Source: Candidatus Omnitrophota bacterium (GTDB taxonomy: Bacteria; Omnitrophota; Omnitrophia; Omnitrophales; Aquincolibacteriaceae). Taken from it: a stretch of DNA of 64,000 nucleotides. The notes under the pieces are model-generated. The model did no database searches. It saw only the letters and a program-made list of their open reading frames with translations, and had not been told where the DNA came from. Made by a program: the position numbers and the translations under genes. The stretch covers positions 2,634 to 66,633 of the forward strand of contig PLLJ01000011.1 of assembly GCA_003140935.1 (NCBI GenBank). The letters run 5' to 3'. Shown here piece by piece: positions 1-11,338 of this stretch; the first letter of the stretch is position 1; each line of letters starts with the position of its first letter.

Positions 1-203
1 AGAAAAACGATCTGCCCGCGATAAGGGCTTTGGACCACCGCGCCATCAGGGATGGTCAGGATCCCGCGGACCACATCGCGTGTCGTTTGTGGCTTGGCGG
101 AAGTCCCGGCCAATTTCTCCCCCACCAAATAATTCAGCAGGGTGGATTTACCGACGTTTGGTCTTCCGATGATCGCAACATGCCCCACTTTAGTCTCAGA
201 CAT
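1..203 (-). CDS. era: GTPase Era, N-terminal part (runs off window start)
   Basis: Reverse-strand translation gives [43 protein letters not shown], i.e. the G1 P-loop plus the Era-specific SxKxQTTR motif; ATG at 203 overlaps the stop of the upstream gene (ATGTCTGA). Confidence 0.85.
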   Translation of the reverse strand, partial: MSETKVGHVAIIGRPNVGKSTLLNYLVGEKLAGTSAKPQTTRDVVRGILTIPDGAVVQSPYRGQIVF

Positions 204-1410
204 CCTTTTTCTCTCCGTTGGATACAACATTTGTCCCGTTTTGGGTCGCAAAAGGCTGGGTCAGGATCGAACCCAGTTTGGTCAGTCCGTACGTCACCTG
301 TCCCGGAGCACTTGCGGCGATCTTAACGGTCCCGAAAATGCCCGCCTTGGTCTTGGAGATCAAAGCTTTCTGGAATGCTTTTGTGAAAGCGCTGAAAACG
401 CGGAACTTGGGATCTTCGATATAGCCATCGACCTTAATATCCAGTGCCACGGTTTTCTGATCCTCCAAGAGAAGGCGAACCGCATCGAACGGATATTTGA
501 GAAGCCTTTGGGCGGCAGTCGGCACTTCAAACGTCATGGACTTCAGAGTCAGCAAATGCTCCGACCTGAGATCCCCCTCCCGGCACAACAGATGCGACTT
601 GAGATCAAAAGTCCCGCTTTGCACTTCCCCGAGGATCCCGGAAAGCAGGAACTCATATTCCGCCACGGAACCGTCGGTGATCTGGACATCCACATCAAAA
701 TTGTCTCCATCCGCAAATTGACACTTCCCCCCACCTTGAAAACGGGCCGGAGGATTCACCCCGAATGTTGCTTCCACCTGGATCGTTTCCGTAAAGGTCG
801 GGCTGACATAATCCGAAAGAAAGTCGAAACCGTCCCAGTGCCCCTTGATATGTTCAAAGATCCACCGCTGCTCTTCGGGTTCGCGCCTGTCGTCGAAAAT
901 AAGCGCTCCCTTCTCAAGTTCCAAACGGTCGATCCGAACACGCCAGGATTTTTCGCCGACATTGTCCGGATGAGGTATTGGGCGCGGCGGGATCGGCGGA
1001 CTCTCCTTATCAAGCCCCATGTTGTGATACCAGTGTTTAACATTGGTCCGCGATCCCTGAGGGGTCATGTAACTCTCAATGGCGAAAATAACCTCCTTGA
1101 AATGAGCTCTACGGATCCGGATGAATTTGTTCTTGAGCACTCGAAGGTCCAAGAGGCAATCGATGCCTTTGGCCGTGAAATGATCGCGCCTTTTGAATCC
1201 AGGAGGATTGAGGATCTCAAGTTTTTCAACGCTTATGCGCGCAAAAAAAGGGGAAATGCGCATGCCTTCAATATGGACCGGCATGTCAAAGAGCCGGGTC
1301 ATTACTTTTTCCAAAAAAGGCTCGGCGGCCATGCCCAGGAGCCGGGCATGCAGCATTCCGAGAATAGCCAGCACGATCAAAACAATGAAAAGAGACCTTA
1401 GCTTCTTCAT
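196..1410 (-). CDS. hypothetical membrane-anchored protein (N-terminal TM/signal, approx 400 aa), co-transcribed with era
   Basis: Long ORF with hydrophobic N-terminus ([14 protein letters not shown]); no family recognised; ATGA overlap with upstream aldo/keto reductase and 8-nt overlap with era. Confidence 0.6.
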   Translation of the reverse strand: MKKLRSLFIVLIVLAILGMLHARLLGMAAEPFLEKVMTRLFDMPVHIEGMRISPFFARISVEKLEILNPPGFKRRDHFTAKGIDCLLDLRVLKNKFIRIRRAHFKEVIFAIESYMTPQGSRTNVKHWYHNMGLDKESPPIPPRPIPHPDNVGEKSWRVRIDRLELEKGALIFDDRREPEEQRWIFEHIKGHWDGFDFLSDYVSPTFTETIQVEATFGVNPPARFQGGGKCQFADGDNFDVDVQITDGSVAEYEFLLSGILGEVQSGTFDLKSHLLCREGDLRSEHLLTLKSMTFEVPTAAQRLLKYPFDAVRLLLEDQKTVALDIKVDGYIEDPKFRVFSAFTKAFQKALISKTKAGIFGTVKIAASAPGQVTYGLTKLGSILTQPFATQNGTNVVSNGEKKDV

Positions 1411-2423
1411 CGAGGGATCAATGCTTTCCGGAAAATCTCTTCCCGGGCATAAAGTTCTTTCAGCCGTACAACGTCCTCCCGGCTTAGCGCCGGTTTCAAA
1501 GATGCCTCTACATTCTCAAGCACTTGCGTTCGTGTTTTCGCTCCGACGATCACCGTCGAAACCTCCTCGAACGCGAGCGCGAATTCTAACGCCACTTTCG
1601 GCAGAGGTTGGGACCCCGACCTAAGCATTTTCTGAATGAGCCGTATCTTTTGCCAATCAACTTCCCTCTTTTCAGGGACCCATCGGCGGCGATGGTCGTC
1701 CTTGGGAAATTCATGCGCCGGTGCATATTTCCCGCTCAAAAGTCCCGAGGCAAGAGCCTCCCGGACGATTATTCCGATACCTTTTTTCTCCGCTTCAGGA
1801 AAAATCCTTTCAGCCATACGCTGGTCCAGTAGATTAAAGATGATCTGGATCGCCTGAATCCGCGAGTCCTCGAGCACTGCCAAGGCCTCAGTCTCTGTAT
1901 GGACCGAAACCCCGATAAAACGGATCTTCCCTTCTTTCTTCAGCCCCTCCAGAACGCTTACCAAATCCCCCCTTCGGATCAGCTCCAGAGAAGGATTATG
2001 AAGCTGAAAAAGATCGATCACATCCGTGCCGAAACGTTTGAGACTTTGTTCGCAAGCAAAACGAATATACCCGGTATCAAAATTTTTCTTATGCCCGGCA
2101 TGATTGAGCTTCGCGGGAGATCCCTGTGAAAGAGAGGCGGGTTTTTGCGAAGGCGCGTAAAAATCCCAACCGCACTTCGTGGCCAGAATCAAGCGGTCGC
2201 GGGGCTTTCCTTTCAGGAATTTTCCGAGAAGTTCTTCGCTGTGCCCTTCTCCGTAAGTGTCGGCGGTATCAAAGAAATTGACGCCGGAGTCCCACGCGGC
2301 CGCCAGAGCTTCCAGAGAATCCTTGTCGCGGACCGGACCATAGGCATGACCTCCTAAGGCCCAACATCCGAAGCCGATCTCGGAGACACGTAAACCCGTT
2401 TTTCCAAAACGGCGCACTTTCAT
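1407..2423 (-). CDS. aldo/keto reductase family oxidoreductase
   Basis: MKVRRFGKTGLRVSEIGFGCWALGG...DTADTYG...LHNP motifs typical of AKR superfamily. Confidence 0.9.
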   Translation of the reverse strand: MKVRRFGKTGLRVSEIGFGCWALGGHAYGPVRDKDSLEALAAAWDSGVNFFDTADTYGEGHSEELLGKFLKGKPRDRLILATKCGWDFYAPSQKPASLSQGSPAKLNHAGHKKNFDTGYIRFACEQSLKRFGTDVIDLFQLHNPSLELIRRGDLVSVLEGLKKEGKIRFIGVSVHTETEALAVLEDSRIQAIQIIFNLLDQRMAERIFPEAEKKGIGIIVREALASGLLSGKYAPAHEFPKDDHRRRWVPEKREVDWQKIRLIQKMLRSGSQPLPKVALEFALAFEEVSTVIVGAKTRTQVLENVEASLKPALSREDVVRLKELYAREEIFRKALIPR

Positions 2424-2480
2424 ATGGGGAGCAACGGCTCCGATCCGGGACGCCTGAGAGAAGGAGGGACGATAGAACGG

Positions 2481-2810
2481 TTACTTTGGAAAAAGTTCGT
2501 CAATGGCTTTTTGGATCTTATCCTGGGCCTGATAACCCACAAGCTGTTTCGCGACTTCTCCGTCCTTGAAGAAAATGACCGTCGGGATACCCTGGATCCC
2601 ATATTTCTGGGGCGTATTCGGATTCTCATCCACGTTCATTTTTCCGATTGCAATGCGGCCCGCATTGGCCACCGCGATTTTTTCGATCACAGGCCCGAGC
2701 ATCCGGCAGGGCCCGCACCACTCGGCCCAAAAATCAACCAGAACGGGTTGTTTGGATTGAAGCACCTCATCCTGAAAATTGGCGTCAGTAAGAGTCTTTT
2801 CTTTACTCAT
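2481..2810 (-). CDS. trxA: thioredoxin
   Basis: 109 aa, canonical WCGPC active site (VDFWAEWCGPCRM), full thioredoxin fold length. Confidence 0.95.
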   Translation of the reverse strand: MSKEKTLTDANFQDEVLQSKQPVLVDFWAEWCGPCRMLGPVIEKIAVANAGRIAIGKMNVDENPNTPQKYGIQGIPTVIFFKDGEVAKQLVGYQAQDKIQKAIDELFPK

Positions 2811-3037
2811 GGATTCACCCCGTTAGGAATAGAAAACAAGTTTTTAAAATACCGGATTCTTTCCAGCATAAAATTAGCCCAAAAAACAACCCCGTTCTTG
2901 CAATCTCTAACGGGGCAAGTATCACTCATGGAGGATGACAGTGACAAGCTTGTTGTAACGAAGATGTAATATACACCGAACACAAGGTTCTGTCCACACA
3001 CCGAAAACACGCCGGGGATTTCCGTAACGCCAGAGGA

Positions 3038-3409
3038 TTATTCCGAACCGAGAATTTCTGAGATAGCCTGGAACACCTGATCCACAAACGGTTTTTGGAT
3101 CACTTTCACAGCGCCGGCCTTTTGGGCCAAGGCATCCAGTTTCATTTCTTGCACGGCAGTAAAAAACACTACGGGGATATGCGCGGTCTCTTTCATCGCC
3201 TTAAGACGGCGACAAGTTTCATACCCGTCCATCTCAGGCATAGCGATATCCAACAAAATAAGATCGGGCTGCCACATCTTCGCTTTTTCAAGAGCGCTTA
3301 TGCCGTCCGTTGCGATCTCGACAAGAAATCCGCGCGATGTGACACGGACCTTCAAGAGCGTCACTACTACGGGCTCATCATCTACGATCAGGATCTTTTT
3401 GGGCGCCAT
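3038..3409 (-). CDS. single-domain response regulator (CheY-like receiver)
   Basis: MAPKKILIVDDE...DLILLDIAMPEMDG...receiver-domain motifs, 123 aa, no output domain. Confidence 0.85.
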   Translation of the reverse strand: MAPKKILIVDDEPVVVTLLKVRVTSRGFLVEIATDGISALEKAKMWQPDLILLDIAMPEMDGYETCRRLKAMKETAHIPVVFFTAVQEMKLDALAQKAGAVKVIQKPFVDQVFQAISEILGSE

Positions 3410-3484
3410 GACTCCTCCTTAATTTAAAAATGAATTGAATATCATGACCGTTCAAACTTTTTATTTCTTTTCCAAAATGGTAAC

Positions 3485-3500
3485 TTGGATTGCCCCAAAG
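3485..3500 (+). repeat. degenerate 12-nt fragment (GGATTGCCCCAA) of the 95-nt repeat family
   Basis: TTGGATTGCCCCAAAG matches core of repeat copies A-D; only a fragment. Confidence 0.3.
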
Positions 3501-3555
3501 CCCCTCTAGTAGGTTTCGGAATCCTCTCCCATAAACTTAAAGCCTATTTACCGTC

Positions 3556-4221
3556 TTATGGGAGTGCTGCCTTATACGCTGAGGGGCACAGATCCTGGAC
3601 TTCACAATGCCAACAATCCGGCCGCCGGGCAAAACAACGGACGCGGCCATGATGGATGATCAGATGCGAATAGAGCGTCCAGTCCTTTTCCGATACTAAC
3701 CTCATCAAGTCAAATTCGATCTTCACCGGATCCGTATGGCGCGTCACCTTTAGCAAACGGTTGATGCGGATCATGTGCGTATCCACCGAAATTCCGGGAA
3801 TCCCGAAAGCGTTCCCCAAAATGACATTCGCCGTTTTCCGGCCCACTCCCGGGATCGTAATAAGATCTTCCATGCGAGCCGGGACTTTTCCTCCGAACCT
3901 TTCAAGAATCGCTTTTGCGGCGCCGAGGATGTTCCGGGTCTTATTCCTGTAAAAACCCGTGCTCCGGACCGCTTTCTCAACCGCTTCAGGGGCCGCAGCT
4001 GCAAAAGCGCTCATGTTGGGATATTTTTTTAAAAGAGCCGGCGTTACCCGGTTCACAAGCTTATCGGTGCACTGGGCGGAAAGGACCGTTGCCACCAGGA
4101 GCTCCCAAGGCGTACGGAAATGAAGGGCGCACCGGATATCCGGATAGGCTTTGCGCAACCGAAGGAAAATCACCCGCAGGCGTTTCTTTTTTTCCGCAAG
4201 GGTCTCTTTCATGAGTAACAA
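3556..4221 (-). CDS. nth: endonuclease III (DNA glycosylase/AP lyase)
   Basis: HhH-GPD motif (IPGVGRKTANVIL) and C-terminal 4Fe-4S cluster loop CFARRPDCWHCEVQDLC. Confidence 0.9.
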   Translation of the reverse strand: MLLMKETLAEKKKRLRVIFLRLRKAYPDIRCALHFRTPWELLVATVLSAQCTDKLVNRVTPALLKKYPNMSAFAAAAPEAVEKAVRSTGFYRNKTRNILGAAKAILERFGGKVPARMEDLITIPGVGRKTANVILGNAFGIPGISVDTHMIRINRLLKVTRHTDPVKIEFDLMRLVSEKDWTLYSHLIIHHGRVRCFARRPDCWHCEVQDLCPSAYKAALP

Positions 4222-4317
4222 TATACTACAGACAGGCTTCCGCGTTAAAACCTAAATGTCATCCGCATTGTCCTCTACTAATATTTCAAGTATACTCCGC
4301 AAAGAAGGAGAATTTTT

Positions 4318-5355
4318 ATGGCAAAGATGAAAGCTGTTGTTTTCAAAAAACATGGCACAACGATAGAACTCGAAGAAGCTTACGTTCCCATCCCGGAAAT
4401 CGGGAAAAAGGATGTCCTGGTCAAGGTCAAGGCTTGTGCGCTGAACCATTTGGATCTTTGGACGCTTGCGGGCATGCCCGGCATCAAGATCAGCATGCCG
4501 CACATTCTCGGTTGCGATATCGCGGGTGAGGTCGTAGAAAAAGGCAAAAAAGCTCACGGCATCCCGCTCCATAAACCCGTGATCGTCGCGCCCGGCATTT
4601 CCTGCGGTAAATGCGCTTACTGCAAATCGGGCTGGGACAGCCTTTGCGCCCATTATGAGATCGTCGGGTTTCAGAACAACGGCGGGTACGCGGAATATGT
4701 CAAGGTCCCCGCGCGGAACATCATTCCTATCACCGGTAATCTTGGCATGGAGTCCTGGGCCGCGGTGCCGCTGGTGTTCCTGACGGCGTGGCATATCCTC
4801 GTAACGCGGGCCGCTCTCGAGAAAAAAGAAACGGTGCTCATTCAGGCCGGCGGAAGCGGCATTGGCAGCGCGGCGATCCAGATCGCAAAACTCCTGGGAG
4901 CCCGGGTGATCACCACCGTAGGAAGCGAAGAAAAAGTCAAGCGGGCCAAAGCGCTCGGTGCGGACTTTGTCATTAATTACAAACTGAAAGATTTCCAAGC
5001 CGAAGTCATGCGCCTGACCCAAAGTGAGGGCGTCGACGTCCTTTTCGAACATATCGGAGGCCCCATATTCACCCAAAGCGTGCTGTGCCTCAAGAAAAAA
5101 GGCCGGATCGTCACCTGCGGCGCTACAGCAGGTCGCACTGTCAGTTTTGATCTGCGCTATCTTTACACACGCCAGCTTTCCGTCATCGGCTCTTACATGG
5201 GCGGCATTTCCGAGCTTCAGCGCATCGTCCGGCGCATTCAGGATGGTCGTTTGCGGCCCGTGATCGACCAGATATTCTCGTTGCGTGAAGCGCGCCAGGC
5301 CTTGAATCGCATGGCCTCCCGGGAGAATTTCGGGAAGATCATCCTCAAACCCTAG
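4318..5355 (+). CDS. zinc-type alcohol dehydrogenase / quinone oxidoreductase (MDR family)
   Basis: MAKMKAVVFKKHG...GCDIAGEV...GGSGIGSAAIQIAK Rossmann motif; RBS-like AAGGAG upstream. Confidence 0.85.
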   Translation: MAKMKAVVFKKHGTTIELEEAYVPIPEIGKKDVLVKVKACALNHLDLWTLAGMPGIKISMPHILGCDIAGEVVEKGKKAHGIPLHKPVIVAPGISCGKCAYCKSGWDSLCAHYEIVGFQNNGGYAEYVKVPARNIIPITGNLGMESWAAVPLVFLTAWHILVTRAALEKKETVLIQAGGSGIGSAAIQIAKLLGARVITTVGSEEKVKRAKALGADFVINYKLKDFQAEVMRLTQSEGVDVLFEHIGGPIFTQSVLCLKKKGRIVTCGATAGRTVSFDLRYLYTRQLSVIGSYMGGISELQRIVRRIQDGRLRPVIDQIFSLREARQALNRMASRENFGKIILKP

Positions 5356-5446
5356 CTCAACGTACTACGCGCAGCACATGATAAAGCGAACTCAACTTTA
5401 ACGTTGCGCTTTGCGCAGGAAAAGAACTCCGGGGCTTTCGCATTCC

Positions 5447-6340
5447 ATGAAGCGTTCGAAACTGTACTTTTCAGGCATTCAACTCATGTCTCAAAGCGCG
5501 ATCTGCTTTTCCATCATGGCGCTTTGCGTCAAATACGCGAGCATGTCGCTCTCTCCGTTTCAGATTGTTTTTTTCCGGAGTTTTTTCGGCACGCTGATAG
5601 TCCTTCCCTTCATCTGGCGTAAAAAGGTATCGCTCTGGGGTGAAGAACGACTCAAACTGACGTCCCGCGGCATCTGTGGCTTTGGCGCTCTGATCCTCCA
5701 CTTTTACACCATCGCCAAACTTGATCTTGGCCTTGCGATCATGCTCAATTATACGGCGCCTATTTTTACGGTGATCTTCTCGGTCTTCTTTTTGAAGGAG
5801 CGCCCGAGCCCCTCTCTTTGCTTTCTGATCTTTTTGTCCTTCGCCGGAGTGATCCTGCTGAATGCCCGTTCCGGAATAGCCTGGAGCCCGGCCGTATGGC
5901 TGGCGCTGCTTTCCTCGATCTTCGCCGCATTCGCTTATCTGTCGATCCGCACGATCCGGCAACGGGAGTCACCCTATACCGTGGTCTTTTATTTCACGCT
6001 GATCTCGACCGTGGGTTCGCTTTTTTTTCTGAAAGGATGGAAGTGGCCGGACCTCGGGGCCTGGGGATTGATCGCCGGCGTAGTGATCTTTTCTTTCTTC
6101 GGGCAGGTCTGGATGACCACCGCTTTGAGACGCGCACCGGCCTATCTGGTCACGCCATTCTCTTATCTTCATCCGGTGCTTTCGTTCGCCTATGGATGGC
6201 TGCTGTGGGGGGATGCCATCACCTGGATCACCGCGGCCGGCATCTTCCTGATCGTAGGAAGCGGCTCGCTCATTTCCTACTTTGAAACAAAACGCGAAAA
6301 AAAACTCCCCGCCTCCCTCTCGAGCGAATCCTGCCTCTAA
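5447..6340 (+). CDS. EamA/DMT-family transporter (10-TM permease)
   Basis: Two EamA-like repeats of hydrophobic helices; table ORF begins at alternative TTG (5411), first ATG at 5447 (alt 5486). Confidence 0.75.
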   Translation: MKRSKLYFSGIQLMSQSAICFSIMALCVKYASMSLSPFQIVFFRSFFGTLIVLPFIWRKKVSLWGEERLKLTSRGICGFGALILHFYTIAKLDLGLAIMLNYTAPIFTVIFSVFFLKERPSPSLCFLIFLSFAGVILLNARSGIAWSPAVWLALLSSIFAAFAYLSIRTIRQRESPYTVVFYFTLISTVGSLFFLKGWKWPDLGAWGLIAGVVIFSFFGQVWMTTALRRAPAYLVTPFSYLHPVLSFAYGWLLWGDAITWITAAGIFLIVGSGSLISYFETKREKKLPASLSSESCL

Positions 6341-6342
6341 GC

Positions 6343-7158
6343 TTACACCTTGGCGTCTTCGGTATCCGTTATTTTGAACGCTACGAACATATAGACCAAA
6401 TTGACCAGGATCATGACCACGAACGGCAATGGCAGCTTCCGGAGAGGCGTCATGATCTGAAGCCATGTCAGGGTGAATGACGCGGTCGTAGCAAAGCACG
6501 TGAGAGAAAAAATAGCTCCATAACGAAGTTTTTGCTTCCTCATCATGTTGAATAAAAGCCCGACAAGCGAATAAAGGAGATCCACGATCAGGAGGAAAAA
6601 GAAGAACAGGACGATCATCACGGGCGGAACGATCAAAAGCATCGTGCTTTTGATCACCTTAAAGAGACCTCCCACGACTGCACCGGTGATCCGGATCTTG
6701 GGCGGCAGCTGCTTATCCGTTTGGATCCCCGCCTTGGTAATATCCCGCTCTTCGATCTGCCCCGGCGCCCGCTTCATAAAAACTTTTGTCGATGTCACAA
6801 GCAAGGGGGCCTTGTCCATATCCGCTTCATTCGCGGATGTTTTAGTCATATCAAAAGCAACGAGCGGGCCATACTTGGGATGGGACAAAAGGGCGGTCGT
6901 CTGGCCATTCTCCAGAGAAATTCCCTCGGGCGTCCAGATCACGACCGGCATGGTTTTTTGAGCCCAGGAAACAAATTCATTTGCAACGGGCAACATCCGG
7001 CTCAGCATTAAAACCGTGATCAATACGCCAGCGATCACCGAAAGATAAAAAACATAAAGCACTCCCTTCCAAGCGGACCTTTTTGAGGCATCATGAAAAA
7101 CGCGCGGATGGAAAAGTGCGGTAACGGGAGCAAGCCAAAAAGAGAGAAGGTTATTCAT
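6343..7158 (-). CDS. hypothetical polytopic membrane protein (DUF1189-like)
   Basis: 271 aa with several TM segments; 8-nt overlap with greA stop. Confidence 0.55.
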   Translation of the reverse strand: MNNLLSFWLAPVTALFHPRVFHDASKRSAWKGVLYVFYLSVIAGVLITVLMLSRMLPVANEFVSWAQKTMPVVIWTPEGISLENGQTTALLSHPKYGPLVAFDMTKTSANEADMDKAPLLVTSTKVFMKRAPGQIEERDITKAGIQTDKQLPPKIRITGAVVGGLFKVIKSTMLLIVPPVMIVLFFFFLLIVDLLYSLVGLLFNMMRKQKLRYGAIFSLTCFATTASFTLTWLQIMTPLRKLPLPFVVMILVNLVYMFVAFKITDTEDAKV

Positions 7159-7627
7159 AGTGGATCTCCATGATTTTGAGTTTGATCTTCCCTGCCGGAA
7201 CTTGAATGACGGTTTCTTCGTTCAAAGATTTTCCCAGTAGGCCACGGCCGATCGGCGAGGTCACCGAGATCTTCCCTTCGTCAAAATTCGCTTCATCCTG
7301 AGAGACAAGTGTGTAATCAAAAATATCGCCGCTGTCGAGATTCTTCACTTTGACTTTGGCGCTCAAATAGGCTTTGTCCTGGGCAATATCCCCTTTGTCA
7401 AGAATGCGCGCGTTCGCGAGACGGGCTTCTAGCTGACCGATCCGGATCTCCAACTGGTGTTTGGCTTCTTTGGCGGTCTCCCAATCGGCATTCTCGCTGA
7501 GATCGCCATGCGCCCGGGCCTTTTCAAGCTGGTCCGCGACTTCGCGACGTTTCTTAGTCTTAAGAAAATTCAACTCCTCGTAAAGCTTGTCATAGCCTTG
7601 TTGCGTTAAGATCACTTTGTTGGTCAT
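7151..7627 (-). CDS. greA: transcription elongation factor GreA
   Basis: MTNKVILTQQGYDKLYEELNFL...coiled-coil N-domain and C-terminal FKBP-like domain; start placed at internal ATG 7627. Confidence 0.9.
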   Translation of the reverse strand: MTNKVILTQQGYDKLYEELNFLKTKKRREVADQLEKARAHGDLSENADWETAKEAKHQLEIRIGQLEARLANARILDKGDIAQDKAYLSAKVKVKNLDSGDIFDYTLVSQDEANFDEGKISVTSPIGRGLLGKSLNEETVIQVPAGKIKLKIMEIHYE

Positions 7628-7728
7628 TTTTGCCCCATGAGAGACAGGAAACACCTACAGCGCTTCCGTCTGTTTTGAAAACTCCGTTTAAAAAACGTCT
7701 GGTCCCTATCTTAAGCTTACGCGAATCT

Positions 7729-8811
7729 CTAGCGGAGCGAATAAGAACTATCCACCAAGCAAGGTTCAAACCCTGCATCCGTGGCACATCGGATCAGGTC
7801 GTCGGAACTTAACCCCTCGGGGGCACGACTCCCTGCTTCACGCATGACCTTTTCATGAAGATTTGTTCCGCCCACATCATCCGCGCCGAACGAAAGCGCG
7901 ACTTGAACGAACTTCAAATCCGTCGCCGAACCGTGAACTTTGATGTGAGAGATATTATCCAGAAGAAGTCTCGAAATAGAAAGCACTTTTAGGTCTAAAA
8001 AACCGCTTGTTCGTTCCATGCCCCGGAGCGCGTTATTTTCGGGATGATAGGCAAGCGGCACAAACGCATAAAATCCTTGCGTTTCATCCTGAAGCTCACG
8101 CAACTTCATAAGATGCGACACCCGTTGCTCATTGGTCTCGACGTGTCCGTAAAGCATGGTGGCGTTAGTTTTGATCCCCGCCTGATGCGCGACCCGGTGG
8201 ATCTCGATCCATGCTTCTCCCGATATTTTTCGGGGACAGATCTTGGCCCGCACCCCGGGATCAAAGATCTCAGCTCCACCACCCGGCATCCCGTCTAATC
8301 CGGCCTCTTTTAAGCGGCGCAAAACTTCAGCCCAGGAAAATCCCGACTGCTTGGTCATAAAATCGATTTCGGAAGCACTAAATGCTTTAATAAAAATTTC
8401 TTTCGGTAGCTGTCGTATGCGCCGTATCATTTCCAAAAAATAATCGAACTCAAGCGCGGGATTATGCCCCCCCACGATATGGACCTCGTTGATCTGCCAG
8501 CGATCGACCGCATCCCGGACTTTTTGTTCGATCTCATCCAGTGTCAGCGTGTAGGCGCCGGGCGCATCCGCATCGCGAGAAAAGGCGCAGAATTCGCAAC
8601 GGGTCGAGCAAATGTTTGTGGGATTGAGGTGAAGGTTCCGGGCATAAAAAGCATGCCGGCCATGCATCCGCTCGCGGACCTGATGCGCCATCCGGCCGAT
8701 CGCAAGAATATCCGTACTCTCAAAAAGCCGCACGCCGTCTTCAAAAGAAAGCCTTTCCTGATCCCGGACTTTTTGAAAGACATCCTTGATGAGATTTAAA
8801 GACCGATCCAT
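7729..8811 (-). CDS. radical SAM enzyme of the futalosine menaquinone pathway (MqnE/MqnC type)
   Basis: CSTRCEFCAF CxxxCxxC radical-SAM motif in a ~360 aa MqnC/MqnE/CofH-like architecture; MqnE vs MqnC not distinguishable by eye. Confidence 0.75.
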   Translation of the reverse strand: MDRSLNLIKDVFQKVRDQERLSFEDGVRLFESTDILAIGRMAHQVRERMHGRHAFYARNLHLNPTNICSTRCEFCAFSRDADAPGAYTLTLDEIEQKVRDAVDRWQINEVHIVGGHNPALEFDYFLEMIRRIRQLPKEIFIKAFSASEIDFMTKQSGFSWAEVLRRLKEAGLDGMPGGGAEIFDPGVRAKICPRKISGEAWIEIHRVAHQAGIKTNATMLYGHVETNEQRVSHLMKLRELQDETQGFYAFVPLAYHPENNALRGMERTSGFLDLKVLSISRLLLDNISHIKVHGSATDLKFVQVALSFGADDVGGTNLHEKVMREAGSRAPEGLSSDDLIRCATDAGFEPCLVDSSYSLR

Positions 8812-8820
8812 GGGAAATTT

Positions 8821-9909
8821 TTAGGCTTTGCGCTTCGTGCTTTGAGTTCTGCGTTTTTCAATTTCTTTGAAAAGTTCGTCAACGAGCTTATCCTCATCGA
8901 CCACGCGCTCCTGCTTGCCCGCTACATAAATCATGCCCTTTTGGGGGCCGCCTGTGATGGCGAAATCCGCCCCCTGTGCTTCACCGGGGCCGTTCACCGC
9001 ACATCCCATCACGGCGATGGTAAGGGGACCCGCGAGCTTCATCGCGCGCGCTTCCACTTCCTGAGCGAGTTTGGCGGTATCGATCTCGGTGCGCCCGCAA
9101 GTCGGACAAGAGATCACCCGCACCCCCTGACGAAGGTCCAAAGATTCAAGGATCATCTTCGCGACTTTGACCTCTTCAACGGGATCCGCGGTAAGCGACA
9201 CGCGGATCGTATCCCCGATCCCTTCCTGGAGAAGTGTCCCGATCCCGACCGCGTTATAAACACTGCCGCGGATGAGTGTCCCGGCCTCGGTGACGCCAAG
9301 ATGCAAGGGATAATCGAACTTTTGGCCCGCCAGGCGATACGCCTCGATCAAAGTCGGTACATCCGTGGTCTTAAGCGAGATCACGGTATCATGGAAATCC
9401 ATTGCCTCCAGGATCGCCACATGCCGGCGTGCACTTTCGACCAAGGCCTCGGCGGTGGGCCCGTATTTTTCCATCAGATCTTTCTCAAGCGACCCTGAAT
9501 TCACCCCGATGCGGATCGGGACGTGACACCGCTTGGCTTTTTCCACGACCTCGGCCACGCGGTCCTTGCCGCCGATATTGCCGGGATTCAGACGCAATTT
9601 GTCCACACCTTCGTCGATCGCCATCAAAGCAAAACGATAATTAAAATGAATATCCGCCACAAGCGGGATCTTGACCCTAGACTTGATCTTCCCGAGCGCT
9701 TTGACGTCCTCTTCGCCGGGACAGGCCACACGCACGATCTCGCAGCCGGATTCGACCAAGCGGTCGATCTGCTCGAGCGTTGCTTGCACGTTACGCGTCG
9801 GGACTTTGGTCATGGACTGGATACGGATCGGCTGGCCGTCACCGAGAATAAGATCGCCGACCTTGACGGCTCTTGTTCTTTTTCTTTGGATCACATTCGG
9901 CTTTTTCAT
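8821..9909 (-). CDS. ispG: 4-hydroxy-3-methylbut-2-enyl diphosphate synthase (GcpE)
   Basis: [26 protein letters not shown]...[11 protein letters not shown] typical IspG; start at internal ATG 9909 (MKKPNVIQ) which forms ATGA overlap with thiC stop. Confidence 0.9.
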   Translation of the reverse strand: MKKPNVIQRKRTRAVKVGDLILGDGQPIRIQSMTKVPTRNVQATLEQIDRLVESGCEIVRVACPGEEDVKALGKIKSRVKIPLVADIHFNYRFALMAIDEGVDKLRLNPGNIGGKDRVAEVVEKAKRCHVPIRIGVNSGSLEKDLMEKYGPTAEALVESARRHVAILEAMDFHDTVISLKTTDVPTLIEAYRLAGQKFDYPLHLGVTEAGTLIRGSVYNAVGIGTLLQEGIGDTIRVSLTADPVEEVKVAKMILESLDLRQGVRVISCPTCGRTEIDTAKLAQEVEARAMKLAGPLTIAVMGCAVNGPGEAQGADFAITGGPQKGMIYVAGKQERVVDEDKLVDELFKEIEKRRTQSTKRKA

Positions 9910-11324
9910 TTTTTCTTTAAAACCCGCTCCGTTTTCCCCGCCTTGCCCCGCAGGCGAGGCTCGCCACTTCGTAGGCGGCCTATTTCCGTCAAACACTGCG
10001 AAAGATTCATAGCGCAGAATCCTTCCCCGCACATCGAACAATATTTTCCGTGCCGCGCTCCCCCTTCCGGAAGACCTTCATCGTGCATTTTCTTCGCATT
10101 CTCCGGATCGAGCGACAGGGCGTATTGCTTTTCCCAATCAAAATCAAATCGGGCCTTCGCGAGCGCGTCATCCCTCTTCCGGGCGCCCGGCCGATGGCGC
10201 GCAACGTCCGCAGCGTGCGCTGCGATCTTATAGGCGATCACGCCCTGTTTCACGTCATCGAGATTCGGAAGCCTCAGATGTTCGCACGGCGTCACGTAAC
10301 AAAGCATGGCCGCGCCCGCTTGAGCGGCGATCGCCGCACCGATCGCGGAGGTAATATGGTCATACCCCGGCGCAATGTCCGTCACGAGCGGACCCAATAC
10401 ATAAAAAGGCGCGCCGTGGCAAACTTTAATCTGACGTTCAATGTTCATGGGGATCTGGTCCATCGGCACGTGCCCCGGACCTTCCACCATCACCTGCACG
10501 TCCTGTTCCCAGGCCCGTAAGGTCAAAGCCCCGAGCGCATCCAATTCCGCGAATTGCGCTGCGTCACTCGCATCGGCGAGACACCCCGGACGCATCCCGT
10601 CCCCGAGACTGATCGTCACGTCGTATTTTTTACAGATCTCAAGCAGCCGGTCGAAGTGCGTAAAAAGAAAATTCTGCTTTTGATGGGCTTTGCACCAGCG
10701 CGCGAGAATCGCGCCGCCGCGGCTCACCACGCCCGTCACCCGGCTTTCGATGAGAGGCAGATGTTCTAACAACACTCCCGCATGGATCGTCATAAAATCC
10801 ACACCCTGCTGGGCTTGATGTTCGATCACTTCGAACATGATCTCCGGCGTTAAAGCCTCCGGTTTACCCTTCACCCGTTCGAGCGCTTCGTAGATCGGCA
10901 CGGTTCCCACCGGCACCGTGGTCTCACGGAGGATCGCTTCGCGCGTTTCATCCAGCTGTTTTCCGGTCGAAAGGTCCATCACGGTATCGGCTCCGAATTT
11001 GACCGCGAGTTTCACTTTCTTCACTTCCGCTTGAATGTTCGAACCTAAGGCGGAATTCCCGAGATTCGCGTTGATCTTGCAACGAACACTTATTCCGATC
11101 CCCACCGGCCGCAGGTCCCGGTGATTGATATTCGCACAGATCACAAGCCGGCCGGCCGCCACCTCCTCCCGGACAAGTTCCGGCGAAATCCCTTCCTCGA
11201 CCGCCACATGGTTCATTTCTCCCGTCGCGATCCCCTGACGGGCGTAGTGCATTTGGGAACGATTTGTATCTTTTTCCCGCTTAGCGATCCATTCGTCTCG
11301 AAATAACATGTTTTCCTTCATCAT
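9906..11324 (-). CDS. thiC: phosphomethylpyrimidine synthase
   Basis: Full-length ThiC homology incl. C-terminal CSMCGEGFC Fe-S motif; start chosen at ATG 11324 preceded by GAGG. Confidence 0.92.
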   Translation of the reverse strand: MMKENMLFRDEWIAKREKDTNRSQMHYARQGIATGEMNHVAVEEGISPELVREEVAAGRLVICANINHRDLRPVGIGISVRCKINANLGNSALGSNIQAEVKKVKLAVKFGADTVMDLSTGKQLDETREAILRETTVPVGTVPIYEALERVKGKPEALTPEIMFEVIEHQAQQGVDFMTIHAGVLLEHLPLIESRVTGVVSRGGAILARWCKAHQKQNFLFTHFDRLLEICKKYDVTISLGDGMRPGCLADASDAAQFAELDALGALTLRAWEQDVQVMVEGPGHVPMDQIPMNIERQIKVCHGAPFYVLGPLVTDIAPGYDHITSAIGAAIAAQAGAAMLCYVTPCEHLRLPNLDDVKQGVIAYKIAAHAADVARHRPGARKRDDALAKARFDFDWEKQYALSLDPENAKKMHDEGLPEGGARHGKYCSMCGEGFCAMNLSQCLTEIGRLRSGEPRLRGKAGKTERVLKKK

Positions 11325-11338
11325 ACCTCTTACAACGT

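Noticed and set aside
142-1401. 419-aa plus-strand ORF
   Set aside because: Fully antisense to the minus-strand 404-aa gene that is translationally coupled to era and the AKR; no recognisable domain, so likely a shadow ORF
4252-5076. 274-aa minus-strand ORF
   Set aside because: Antisense to the well-supported MDR alcohol dehydrogenase; low-complexity translation
5471-5962. 163-aa minus-strand ORF, R/K/E-rich
   Set aside because: Antisense shadow of the EamA transporter gene
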